The notes under the pieces were generated by a model, which worked only from the letters and a program-made list of their open reading frames with translations, had not been told where the DNA came from and did no database searches. Made by a program: the position numbers and the translations under genes. From Lytechinus pictus (Eukaryota), in NCBI RefSeq assembly GCF_037042905.1, contig NC_087246.1, forward strand, positions 2,296,001 through 2,360,000: 64,000 nucleotides of DNA, written 5' to 3'. Positions 35,301 through 50,300 of this stretch are shown piece after piece; position 1 is the stretch's first letter, and every line of letters begins with the position of its first letter.

Positions 35301-38300
35301 ATGATTTTTTAATGAACAAAAATTTGTGTAGAAGTAGATATTCCTAACTTGGCATCCCTGCCAAAATAATGAGTAAATAGGATAAAGAAGCAAATTTAAG
35401 GATAGAATGGATGGAGCAGAGTCAAAAGCGAACCTACCAATATGTATGATGTTTCCTCTAGTATCCAGCATTATATTCCCATTATGTCTGTCTTTAATTT
35501 GAAGGAGGAAACCAACTACACTGTATGCTGCCATACTTTGGATGAAATGACGTCTAGCCTGAAAAATAATATCAACAAAAGAACATGAGAGAAAATGTCA
35601 TTTCTACAGTTTCCAATCAACATAGCAATTAGGCAGTTTACACTCTACATTATACCTGTACTTTAAAAAAATCTGAAGAATAAAAAAACCACAATGTACA
35701 TGGACAGAATGCCTATCAATATTCATAGATAAACTACGTCGTATGAGGGTATATACATGTAGGGGAAGGCGGGGTAAGTTGTGATACTTTTTGCATTTTG
35801 CATGATAGAATTGATATGACTAATAATATTGTAGAAATAAATACCTTGCCTTTAAATATGATTATTGGGAAATCTTTTTCACCTATATTCAACTTTCTAC
35901 CCCCACACTGAAAGTCGTTGTGACCTTTGAAAAAAACTATGTCAAGTGGCACAACTTGCCCCATCTGTGGGGTAAGTTGTGCCACCTTCGAGGGTAAGTT
36001 GAGCCACAAAAACTATGTACAAAATGTATGAGGGAAGAACCAGCATGTCAATTTTTTATTTAAAGTCTTTTCACTTGCTAATTCTCTAAAAATACTAACA
36101 TTCTCTAAAAGTAAAAGAACTGTCATGTGAATTTGCTCTTTTCTGCCTGCATATTGATGGCTTTTTAAGGTTTGATTGTGTTTTCATTTACATTACCATA
36201 AGAATTACCATGGCTCAACTTGCCCCATGTTTGCTGGCTCAACTTACCCCAGTCCGAACTTAATGCGATAATTTCGCATCCACACATTTCTTATGGATCC
36301 ATCATGTAAAAAACTGTGACAAGAATGAAGATCCATACCTGGACTGACAATGTTGTTCATATGCTTTATTATATGTCAAGAAGTGTGTGTGTAAAAAACA
36401 CTTATCTATTTCACACCCTTTTTTACTTTTTTAGCTGAAATTTGTATTTTTCCCTCTAAAAAAAGTACTTTTTGTTTCAAAGTTGAAAACAATGTGGTGG
36501 GGTTAAGGGTTATGTAATGGGTCATCAATACATGACACCACCATAATGTCTAACTAATTCATTATTGGCCTGGGGGCGGTGGCTCAACTTGCCCCTATGC
36601 TCAACTTACCCCGCCTTCCCCTACTTATTCCCCACAAAGCAAGCATAGAATTTATTTCATCATCTGGCTTCTCCTCCAATGGCCCTTTATCTCTTTAAAA
36701 AAAGATGATTATTCAGAGATGCAACGCATCATGCTTATTACTATTAGTTTGCAAAGTAACCATAATAGCAACTATTTCTGCAGTGGAACAGTCAAGGATT
36801 TGATTTATATTTCTTTACAGTTCAAAACCACATCTCATGCATGAAATATGACTAATATTTCAGTCTTTTATCTTTGCATGTAGATGAATGACTAACAAGA
36901 ACTCAATATTATCAGAAAAGCTATTTCAGGGGAATTTATGGAGAAAATATCAATATTAGCAAGAGAGGTTGCTACATATGATGAAATTCAAATTTCACAA
37001 AGATTCAATCAATAAAAAAAAACAAGACAAACAGTAACTACAGTTACAGGATGTTAGAATACTAGTGGAATGTCCCTGTATCCAATAAAACAAATGCCAG
37101 TGCTATCATTCTATGGCATAGTCTTACCTTCTGGAATGCTGGAGTAGTCTCATCTCCATACTTGGTTAGAAAATACTCGTACATCCCGATATCAGTCTGT
37201 CGACCAAGCTGATCACGAGATTTACAGTCTGGGACACACTGGATCACTCCACACTAATGATAGAAGAATAATACTCATGTTATAACATACTTAGATTTCA
37301 TCTAATCCGACCTGATATATTGATTAATCAAATCTACTTCCTATTCATATTCCATTGGCCAAGGGAATATGATTACAACTAAGTTTATATCATAGTGCTT
37401 AGTACTTTCTTTAAGAGGAGTTTTTAAGCGACTCTACATTAGAAGAGCATAAGTCAGAAAGACCTCTGTGAATTGCATTTCAATTAATGATTCCTTGTAC
37501 TTAATCTGAGTGGAGCAAAGCAAAATGTAAATGATTTATTATTTGCTGATTGATATTGAGAGCTTAAACCCAGATAGAGATGAGCTCCAATATAATTTGA
37601 ATACATACATGTCCACACCATACATAACAGATGTGTGCTCAGGGTGGTGTTTCATGCAGCTGTCATTAGTTAGGTCTCAATTGAAACATAATCACAGGTG
37701 CTAGGTAAGCTACATGTGCATAGGGATACAGTGTGAAACACAAGATCAGGTCATCAGTCAGATGTAACTTAAACACAGCTTCATAAAATGTCCCCCAAGG
37801 TACTGAATATTATTCACTGCAAAATGATAATAAATTTTAATGTAATAAAATGTTCTTTGGGCATTGTTATCGCAAAGTTTCAGTGAGAAGACTTACCCCG
37901 GGTGAAGTAGCAACCACTTTGTATGGGACAAGGTACAGGTCTAGTCCCACTTGATGAAAGATATTCTTGAACAGGCCAATAACTTGCAGCGCTAGCATGT
38001 CCTGCACATAAAAGAGAAGATTTGCCCACGATCAGATGTAAGTATATGGTGATGACTAAGTAAGACTTTGAAGAAGCAAGTGGAAGTAGGGGGCAAGTGT
38101 GGTTGAAGACAGTCACTCCCATTCATTTGGAACAAAAAACTGTTTTTGAAACTTGACTTTTGATTAATAGGTACTACTAAATGCTTGCTGCCAGAAACAC
38201 TACTAAATCATTAGAACCTAAACTTGAGAAAAGATATATTCCTCTAATACTTCATGCTTTCAAATGCCTTGGATACATGTTGCATCTTTTGCATCACAAT

Positions 38301-41300
38301 AAAAAATCTTTTGCTATTCCTTTAGTTAGTCACAGAAAATTATATTTTTCTTTCTATATTGTCTTCTAATTCTGTTCGTCCGTCCGTCTCTTTCTTTGCA
38401 ATTTTTTTTTTTCACTCTGTATTTCTGTCTCTCTCCCTTTCTCTCTGGTTGACACACACAGTCTGAACATTAAAACTGACCTGTCTGACGTCATCTCCGA
38501 CCTTAAAGATGCAAGCCTCCCACATCTGTGCTTTGAGTGAGCGAGACATGGCACCTGAATCAAGACCTTTCAGACCAAGGTTTTCCAGTTCATGAACACC
38601 ACACTTTTGAACTTTGAACCTGGCAAGGAATGGAGCCTTGGCAGCACTGTGAGACAAAATGTTATAGGAATATCCATCAGAAAGTAAATAAAAAAAAACT
38701 CAAATAGGACAAAAATGCAGTATACAAATATACGACAAAACAACATTGTACCTTTTTAGATAAATAGGAAAAATTAATTGGACAGACCACAAATAAATTA
38801 ATATCAACAGACCACCTAAAAAATCCTTAAGTTTTTTTTTACTACTCCATCCCAAAATTCAAATTCATTTATTTCACATACAAGATACAATACATCGAGA
38901 TCAATCAAAATTATTCCATAGTAAAGGAGTAATGAATATTGCAAAATGACAAAATTAACAAAAATAACAAAATACATAGGGTAATGAATGCGATGTGGGG
39001 GAATAGCAAAAGCCAAATAGACCTATCTAGGCTACTCCCTGATTAACATCTTGAAAAGGGTGTGTTTTCCGAACTCTTTAAAACTTGCTAAAGTAACTCC
39101 TGTCTTTAAGAAAGGTAATAAAATACTAGTAACTAACTACCGGCCCATATCAATTTTATCAGTTTTCAGCAAGGTTTTTGAAAAAATAGTATATGACAAA
39201 TTGATGGCATTTATTTCAAAACACAACATATATAAGAAGCAATTCGGTTTCAGACAGGGATACAACACTGCTCATGCATTAATTGATTTAACTGAAAAAA
39301 TAGCTAAGGAATATGAAAACAAAGCAATAACGATTGGTGTATTTTTAGACTTATCTTATACAATACAATTAGATGACATACCTTCTTGTCCTTTATTTTT
39401 ACAACATACAATTGATGATTTTGATGAAGTTTACCCATAATACATCAAATGAAATTAGCAACACACTGATGGGATATGCAATCATACTTTTAAAAAAACT
39501 GTGACTTTTGTTACCTCTGCATGGGAGTGCCAGACTTGTAGTCAATTTCCATGACAACAGCTTCAGGGTTACTAGGCAGGTAACACCCAGGTTGTAGTTG
39601 AATGGTTGCTAGGGCTTTCAAACAGGCTGCTTTTCTCTCATCACCTTTTGGGTATGGCCTGAAAAAAAAGAGATAATTATTAAAGAACCTCTTTTGGTAA
39701 ATAAGCATGCATCATAGCAGCTCAAATAAAGAAACTAAATATGTGCCTTTACTATTACAAGAGGAACCCATGTTCAACCATTTTGCTACAAACTTCTCTA
39801 CCACTTGAGAGATTTTATAGAGAATCTGACCGTATTATATCTGCCAATATTTGACCAATCTGGGTCCTATTGCCTAAGAATTTAGTTCTGTAACAAGGCT
39901 CATCAGGCAATGAAATCAATGTTTCCATGGAAATACCATAATAATAAAGTTACTGAATAATCAAGTTTCATGCAACAGGACCAAGTTGTGTAGAAACACT
40001 CAACATATCAATACTCCTAAGGAAGCCTCACCTGATCTCGCCTGAAATGGCCGTTATCTTGCCAAAGAAATCAAACTCTCTTTCATAGAAGTCTTTGGCT
40101 GGTCCTGATAAGCTGGCTATGATACCTTCAATAAGAGATTCCAGGGCATCGGCAAACTCACCTGTATTAACAAGAATTACAATTTACTATATATAATTCT
40201 AATACAATTATTTTACATCATGAAATTCGATTAGTAAAATAAGTTAAAACACAACACATCACTCATCTATGATTGCTCACAAAAGAAGTTTATATAGATA
40301 AAACAGAATTAAGAACAAAGTTTTCCAGTTAAATTGACCGACCCAACATTCCAAAAGATGAGATTTCTGAGGTATCACCCACGAGACCAGTTCCAATATA
40401 TTTACCATCTCTTTCTTTTCCCTCCTCATCTTTGAAGATGTTTGTCTTCATATTCCAGATCAGCTGATGGGCCAGGAGTTGGGACTTCTTTGCTAGGACC
40501 AAGATCAGCTCCGTCACAAAGCCAAACTGCAATATCAAGGAAAACAAATTAATACAAAATTACAGATACAGACGATACAGGTTAAAAGCTACCATTCTAC
40601 AATCAATATAGTTTATAAATCATGGAAGACATTCACTTGAATACAACAAATATGCTGTTTTAAATGATCTCCTTTCCCTGGTCTCCCCACCCCCATACCT
40701 TTGCTTATTTCCTTCTACTTCTATCATTCTTTTATAATGCATGTTTAATACACATGTACAGTACAGGTTAATTATCAAATGCGATTCCATATAATATTTA
40801 ACATTTTTTATATTCTTATCTCACTTCATCAACTACTCAAGCCATTATGATTTATTATCATTATAACTTTTTATATGGATTACAAAGTAGATACAATACA
40901 CTTTAAAACGGTCCCACATATAGGAGGATAAACATACATAGTATTTGTAATTACTTCACAGTGATACATGGAACCAAAGTGTAGATCTCAACTTGCTAAT
41001 GTGTCATTCTGATGAATACAATTTAACATTGCTATAGACCTCTTCTTTAAATAGAGATGTTAAAAGTGCAAATTGTTGGCTATGCAAGGGGATTATAATT
41101 TTGTAATCTTATTTGAATATGAATCAATATTAAAACATAATAATCTCAGTCACACATAAAGAGTTGAGACCAATACCGTATCATATCTGACAGCCTGAAC
41201 CAGCTGAGGGACATAGAAGAGCAATGCCTCTGGTGGATAATCTTGTAGGACCCTGGTAGCATACTGAGCTGTCAGAGGGTGTGGGGGATACTGCTGGGAG

Positions 41301-44300
41301 AAGTATGACAGAGCAGTGACTGGTGGAACAGGTGCCCAGCATAAGATGTGACTCAACTGTAGAAATGATAGATTTGGAATTAAAACGGTTAAATACAGGT
41401 AATAGTGGATGATTACAGAGGGCTTGTAGATTTACAAGTGCCTTTACTGGGTTTAAATGCTACGGTGATCCTTATGTTTTTCCTTGAACAATAATCTTAT
41501 TTTGCAACGCTCGATATTAAACATAAATGCCAGTTTTGTTAATGATCTCAAAATGAACTTGAACAGAAGCCAATAAAAAATTTGTATGAATCAATCAAAA
41601 AAATATGTGCGGAATGAATTTGGTAGAAAATGTCTAATTGCTGATAAATTAGCAAAATAAAGAAGGCATTCCAACGAAATGTAGGTTTTTTTTTTTTTAA
41701 ATATAGTCACAAATAACTATAATTTTTAAGACTTTTACATGAAATCAATGTTTGATACTACTAAATTACCTGGAATGTCTAAGGTTTTGTCCATTCCAAG
41801 CAATCAACTGTAAAATATTCATATCATTTAGATTGCTACAATGCAGATTTATTCCATGAACTATACCACTAAAACTTGTGATCGAAACAAGAATAATAAA
41901 ACCAAAAGCAAGCTAACCTCTGCAACATCTGAATCCACACTGTGTTCAGTGACCAGGAAGTGAATGGCACTGGGGAGGTCAGATACAGCCATAGGATTGA
42001 GACGAACCGATCGTGTCACCTCCTTGACAAGGCTCTCTGATGCCTTGAACCTGAGGTTACCACAAAGATACATATAGTGAGACCTATGAAATAGCTATTC
42101 GCAACAGGAATATAGTTCTTAAATCTAGCTCACATAGGAAAGCTGGAAGTAATGTAAAAATTGACAGTTCTAAACAAGTGGAAGTATCAATGCCCCTGTT
42201 TAACTTGCAAGGCTAAGCATATACTAGCAATAAGTAAAATTTGTAAAATCATTGATCCGTTTTTTATTTAATATTTTCTCTCACCATCTATCACACTAAA
42301 AAAAACCCACAATATGGCACAATCTTTTTCCTGTCTGCATATATATATGCACAATGTTCTGTTCATTCAACTAAATGTGTAGAATATTCTTGATCTATCT
42401 CTCTCTCTCCATCCATTAATTTATTAATGTATTCCTACACCTCAGCTTCTGGAGTAGTCACATATCCATCCTTTTATTAATCTAGCAGACCACTCAATCC
42501 ATATTTATATCTTTCACTTATGGTATTATGCTTTCATGTCTCCTATTGAATAATCATTAATCAGCACATCAATCTCTCAGTAAAATATGTATCTCTTGAC
42601 CATTCATCCCTCTATTTACCAATCCAGTAATCCATTCAACCTTCTATCCATCATTCATCCGACACTACATATATCGATAGACCCCTGCGATCCATTTTCC
42701 ATCTAGCATTCATCCATTCACATATCCACCCATCTCTCAATCATTCACCTGACGGGAAGCTGACAAGCTAGATGAGGGGAGACCTCCCAGGCAAGGTGAG
42801 CAAAGTCCCTCCAGGTTCGTTCATTTGTTGGTGTCTGTACCCTCCAGTTAGCAACCAGCTCTTCTCCTGGTAGCTTGACTTCAGGGTTATCTAATGGATT
42901 GCACCAGCAACACAGTCTCTCTATCTCATTCACCTGAAAAATAAAAAATAAATCCTTTAAAATATCTGTTGACAGCTCCTTTCTTGGTAGATAATCTTCT
43001 AATCTGGGTATACAAAGAATTCAAGAATAAAACCCTTTATAAAAGCTTATTTGAACACAAAGTAAATTGGTTTTTAATCTAATATCAGCAGGGGAGATTG
43101 AGTTGATGTTTCCCGCAAAGCAAGATGCCATAGTCACAGACAGCATTTCATGCATTTTTTTCTTCCATGTCTCATGAACTTTTTGAGAATAAATTTAATT
43201 CCATAATGGCTTCCCCTGTGAAAGCTTGACTACGAATACTATGGTGGTATTAGGGCAAATAAACAGCACTGCTTCCCTCCAAAGAAAAAAAGGAAGTCCT
43301 ATCTGTTTGTTTCTACCTACACTGTCCGATATCTATTTGTTTATATCAAAGAATACCATAAAAAAACCTACCAGCAGTGCAAGGATTAGATTCCTTCTCT
43401 TCATATACTCCTTGGCATACTTGGCTCCAACCTCACCACTCTTTCTTGTGACTGACGACCTTTTAGATACCACTGACATGTTACTAGATAATGGCATGGT
43501 GTTCATCCAACCTTGAGGGCGCACTACTGCTGACCTGGTGTTCAAGTACTCATTGCTGGCTCGCAGGTCCGCTGGGATGATACCTAGTGTGTGTACTTCC
43601 TCTGTCTCTGCAGGATTTTTTTTTATTATACAAAGTGAACATGTACAAATCAGTTAGGTTAACTGTTAATAGTGATCACTTCATTATAAGTTAAATACTA
43701 CTACTAAGAATAATCATAACAATAACAATTTTCATTCACCAAGGGTAGCCAATTATCATCTGCAATAAAATAGCCAAACATATTGGTTTATTTCACAAAT
43801 TGAAATTTTTTCCTAAAGAAACTCTAATGATCTTATACAACACGTTGATATTGCCACATATGTATTACTGTATTCTTACATGGGCATGCTCTAGTATGCA
43901 AAGTACTAATAGACTTTTAGTGCTACAAAAGAAAATTATAAGACTCGTTTATCACAGCCAATACCTTGCCCATACCAACCCTATATTCTTTAATCTAAAA
44001 ACTCTGAAAATGCCTGATATATAATTAAGTATACCAATGTGAAATATTTATGTATTTATGTATCCATAAATTATTACCAACATCTATTTTTTCATACTTC
44101 TAACTGAACAGAAATATTCATGAATATCAAACTAGGCATTCCAACAATTTTCCCTTTCCTTTAATTTGGAATGAATTACTTATTACAATAAGACAGAGTC
44201 CAACGCTGAATACTTTTAAAAGAAAAATGAAATCTTTACTATTACATAAGTACCTCTAAAATGTAACAGTTTGATATTTTAAATAAGAAATGTATGCATG

Positions 44301-47300
44301 TGTGTTTGTGGGTATTTGAAAACGAATGGTGTTTGTGTGTTGATGTATGGGTGTATGCTTTAAATGTACTATTTTCAATTAATTTTACTTTGCTTCTTTT
44401 AATCAACAATTCAAAATTTAAATCTACTGATCTTTATGGAGATTGGCTTTCAATACAAGGCTCTGCCTTTCTGTCTCTCCTAATACTTTCATTTGTACAT
44501 TTGTATTACTTGTTTTCTTTATCTATACTCCTTTTCATGTGTGTATATATCTACATTGTTATATGTATTTAATGATAGTATTGAATAAATGAAATGATAA
44601 ATGAAAAATTAAATTAAATCTAAAAGCTAATCTTCCAGCAGGCTGTGCATAACATAAGAGTTATTACCCTTCTCCATTCTACTATGCCATGTGTCTAAAA
44701 GAAGGCATAACAACTTTTAAGTCTTGGTATAACACAGCCAGGAACTGAACCCACGACCTGGGTGCTCTACTACTGACCAACAATGTTGTATCATAGGTAA
44801 AAGATGAAAGTTTTCTCAATGATATCTCCTGAACAGTGATCTTGCTGACGTACACAATGATGGTACTTGTGCCTCTTCATCTTTGCTTTATCAAAATTGA
44901 GTAGGTTTCTAATAAATATTTGAGATACATAATTGCACAAGCAGACTTGTAAATCTTGAAATAGAGAAAATATGGCACATTTCATTTGTGTGATCATATA
45001 GAAAACAATGTAAATACAATTTTCATGAAATTTTCATGGAAAGGGATGAAAATATTTTCATGAAATGGTTCATTTTTTTTCATTTTGGTCTATTTTGCAT
45101 AGACATACATGTATAATCCATGCTTCGTCTGGTAAGTAAATCACAACACCAAACAACAAGGTGATAGCACTGACCTTGTACTACAGCTGTGGTAGCTCTA
45201 AGGTATTTTTTCTCTGCTATCATGGCATGGAAGAACTTGATTAGAATACTGATATCTTCTCTTAGCTCACTCACAGACTGGGTAGGACAGACAGGTGCAA
45301 CACTGCAAGAGATCAAAACATTCCTTTTATCAATGCTAAAAAAATAAACTGTTTAACTTTCACCCATCATAGCACCAATTACTTGACAACATTCAGTGAC
45401 TCGCTAACGACTCCTCAATCTCTTTGAAATTTGTACAGGGGCTAAAATGACTAATGACCATAAATGTAACCTAGTAACCTGTTTCAACCTTCCTTTATAG
45501 CAACGTACAAGTAAAGTCTGTTTTCATGTATGTTCCCATTTACAATTTTGTAATGACAAAATCAAGTGAAATACATGTAGCATGCAAGTACTCACAGATA
45601 AATTCAATTGCACCTTGTCAAATTTTGAAGACACAAATTAATGAAATATGTTTGAAGGAAATGATTAATCTGCACAAAAATAAAAGGAAATATTAATGCC
45701 AATAATCGAATTTGAAATTATGTACTAGTTTATAATAAGAGATTAAATAGGATACAAGTTTTCAGAAAGAAATGTTAATCACCTGAAGAAGTCAAAAGCA
45801 GCAGAGTATATCCTCTCTCTCAGGACATTCTTACCCGTACTGCTGGGTAGGATGTCACCCTGAAGAAGAGAGAGACCCATACACAGTAATCTGAAACGAG
45901 GTCCCATGGCTGCAATGTGTCTTGAGAGGGAGCCCTTTGTCTGTCCAACCTGCATTGGTAAGGAGCGGTGCAGGATGGAAATGAAGATCTCAACAACGTT
46001 GATGCTGCTATATTTGATGCTCTCTAGACGCTGGTGTAGGAACTGCAAGAGGTTACACAATGATAAGTACTTGGTTGTAACGAAGTGACAGCAATGATAG
46101 ATACAATGGTTGAAAAAAATTTGGTGCTAATACAACTTGCAGAACACTTGGTTACTTCCTCTAGATCTCTAAAAAGTGTATTTCCTATGAATTTATCTTT
46201 AATGTATTGTGGAGTGAGAGAAATGTAACAAATTATGGATGCATGTATATATTTTTTTCTCCAAGCCGTTTATATCTATCATCATCATAACCACCATCAC
46301 CATCGCTAACAATGCATCAAATCATGTAATTATGAAATCATCAAAGTCATCCCCACCAACACAATAAACATCCTTGTCATCTCCATCGCTATCATTATGA
46401 TAATTACCTGAGTCCAGATATGATGTGGTGTAGCATTAGGTGGGTTAGGTTCCGGGATATCATCACCACTAATGGCTGCCAAAGGACTAGGCTCTTCAAT
46501 ATCAATAGAGAACAAACCAAGTCTCTTGTCCATACTCATTTGCCATGCTCCAGCCATTTCACGCATTAACTAGTACAATAAAAAAACAAAGAAAACATAC
46601 ATCACTTATTATGAATAAATATAGAAAATCATCAATTGTTGAATTTATGGTAGCAAAAGTAGATTTGTCAAATGTTTGTATTGCAGATTGTTTAAAGCAA
46701 CTATATCTTTGAAACAATCTATCTCAAGTTTACATATTACTAGGTCACCCAAAATACTTATGCTTTTCAACTAATATAAAACCATTACTTTCAAGCAATA
46801 CAAACAAACAAATCAGGTAATTGCTCAAAGAATGCAGGTGCAAATATTGCAATATAACAAGCGAAGAAATAAAAACAGATAATTGAAAAAAGATATTATC
46901 CTGAGTTTCATAAATCTGAAGCAGACTATTTTTAACTATCAGATATTCTTAGAGTATTTTGTTTACCAAATGAATGCTCTCTTAACTTACCTGGAGTTCC
47001 ATGTCTGGTCTTGCAGCTAACAGCCATTCCCAGCATGCCACAGCCTTCTCCATAGCAAGTGTTGTAAAGAGTTTGACTGGTGCCCGACACAGGTTGTAGA
47101 GCAAGTATTTATCCACACCTATCATAGCACAAATGATAAAGTGAAAAGGACATTTGTGAATTTTCATGTATTGCAGTTTACATATTTTGCATAGATATAC
47201 TCTCATCAGCATGGAAGTTTCTGCAAGATATGCTGTTTCATGAAGATCATTCTTATTAGCTTCCTCGGTACAGGTAACAACATCATCATCATCATCATCC

Positions 47301-50300
47301 TCATCATCAACATCAACATCATTTTCAGGACCAACATATGCCTACAGAAGAATTTATGGTGTACCATGAAACCACTACACTCTTCCTCTTCGCCATGGAA
47401 ACCTTGTCGTTACTATCTCCTATTCCTCCACCTCAGCAGCAGCACCATCATTATCATTTACATCAGTATCATCATCATCATTTTCTATCACCTTCATTAT
47501 CATCCTTACCTTCACTTGAGATGAGTAGAGCACAGACCCTGAACATAGCATTAGTGAAGGCATCTTCTTTCTTAGAATCACATGCCTTATTAAGCTGTCC
47601 ATTCAGTACATGAGATAAACTCAATCCTCCAGGTCCTGCATCAGTATAGATGGCTTGCATCCCTGATACCTTTACAATGGATAGAAGATGGTATACATCC
47701 GACATGTTTGGTGTGGCAGAGTCAGTCAACAGTCACATTCAATTTATCATAAAACCTTCAGAGATCCAACATACTGAAAACCGTTGACTGTACATGTAAG
47801 CTGAAATGACCTTAAAAATGTTTAAGTTTGTTTTTGCTAATATTTCAGGCCTATCAGCACTAAACTTTGGCCAAACATTTCAATGGATGGCCATTGCAGT
47901 ATATGAAAAACAAAAAAGGACTGCAGTATAAATCCCATAAAGGTTGAAAAAGGTATGATCACAATAGCTGTATTGCATTTGCTTTTTTGTGTGTGTGTTT
48001 TTTGGAATGGAAATAAAATATCATTCAGTCATGTAATTACAAGGCCTTTAAATTACCTAGAACAAACTATTTTTAACAAACTAAATCCTATAAACTACGA
48101 TCTGATAGTGAAATAATTGATATTCATTTACCTCTCCAGCAAACCTGCTTCTAAGACTCATTACTGATACAAAGTTGGCTGACTCACTTGTTAAGCTTTC
48201 AGAACCCTGGTGAAGAAAAAACAAGTAATGTATTTGACAATGAATCCCTCTCTGTTAAAAATAAAAAATAGATTCTACGGATTGCCATAAGCATGAAACG
48301 AGAGTAACACAGGTTCATCATACTTTTTTTTTGTATCGTTAAGCAAAGACAATATCAAATTCAACTATTATCAAGACAATAACAATGATTTTCAAGAGGT
48401 AGAATTTCCCAAAAGAAACACGTTAACGTTGGGCAAACTAAACCTTGTTTCTAAAAAAGGTCAATATCAAGACAATAACAATATATGGCTGCCCTAGTGG
48501 CCTCAAGTTTATGTGTTAAAGAAGCATTATAACTCACTAATGCAGTGAGTCCTTTGTTAAACCCTGCACACTGGAGAGCACTCTCTGTTGCAAGCTCCAA
48601 GGTGCTTCTCTGTGAGAGACTGTCTGAGGAGTTCTCTAAATGAATGATGTATTGTTGGATGTGGGAGCGTGTCGCAGAGGCTGCCCACTTCATAGCCTCT
48701 TGGAAGATACCGCCGCAACGGGCAGCAAAGTCACGGATTATGCCCTGTTTAAGAAAATAGTGATTATTGTTATTTTCATTGTAAGCATCATCACAATCAC
48801 CATTATCAGCACTATTTCTATCATCACAACTAAAACTGTCATCATAATGAACTTCTCAATCACAACCTGCAGTATTTTCATATTTGATTTAGAAATAAAT
48901 TGACAATGCAGGATATCTTCACAATATGTTTTGTCACGAGAAATAAACTGTTGTAGAAGAAAATGTGCATTATGCCATTAGATTTAGTTCTTGTATCATT
49001 AAATTATAAAAAAAGATTATCATGATCTTTAATCAAAAGGCATTATCCTGAATAATGTTTGCAGTGTACATGTAATTTCAAGATACTGTGTAAGGTTTGG
49101 ACATCGCTCTACCCGATCAACTAAAACCAAATAGTTGGGAAGAACTAAAATGTGTACCTCTCTTGATTCCTTGGTGTCCATAACAGTCAGCATGAACCTG
49201 CCTTCAAAGACAGGATACTCTCTGACTTCCTGGAGACTATCCTCTGCAGCTGCCTTTGATAAGAGCTGAAGGAGATCAAGCATACTCCATAGAACATCAC
49301 CATTCCATAGTAACTGAGGAAACCTGGACAGTGTCAGGAATTTAAATATTATTGCCATCTAACCCAAGTATCATTTTATTTGATTAAAGACAGTAACAAA
49401 GTATTGATTTTCATTAAAGCAATTGACCTGAAATGACGGCTGACCTTGACCCAGTGACCAAACATTATAATTATGTAAATACCACTTCCTGACAAACATC
49501 ACATCAAATCGTAACAGAATAAAAGACTTTCCATTAAAAAAAATCAATAATTCAAATCTTAAACCTTGGCTAAGTTTTTAACAAGTTGATACCAGTTCAT
49601 TGACCCAAGAGTGACCTTAGACTTGGTCTCGTGTACTGACATGCATCTTTTTGCCAATACTTGATAAACAATATAGGTAAGTTTCATTGACAAGGAACTT
49701 ATACTTTTGAGATCAACTAGAAAAGAAAATCTTAACCTAAGTTTTTTCATGTTGATACCAAAACTTGGCCAAATTTCACTGATTGTATTTGACCTATGAT
49801 CTTCATGATATCGACCGACACTTGTGTTACATGATCAGTGACACTGGAATATCCTTAACATTGATAAAGATTTTATGTTGACAACTTCAACACCAACCCT
49901 GTAAGAAAATCAGCATCTTTTTTACTTCTGCTTTGCAGGCAAGGAAAAACAGAAATATAGAACCTTGTACTTTTGTGTAAACATGCAGTTGTATAATAAA
50001 ACTTGTTATTGTTTTCTGCCTCCTGCATCCTTACCTGTCAACAAGTCTTGAAAGGTATTTATCAGCAACCTTTCTGATCTGTTTGAGGACATGGTTGAAC
50101 TTGACTAACAGGAACTGAGCATGATGGACTAACTCCTTCTCCCTCTCCTCAGTACGGGGCTGAAAATATCAACAAACACACACAAAATATAGCATTGGTC
50201 ATCCATTACTGGTGAATACTCTATCAATAATCTTATACCATTAGTTTGCTCTACTTGCACAGTAATTTATTCACACTACTCGCTTATATCTTCTAAGCTG

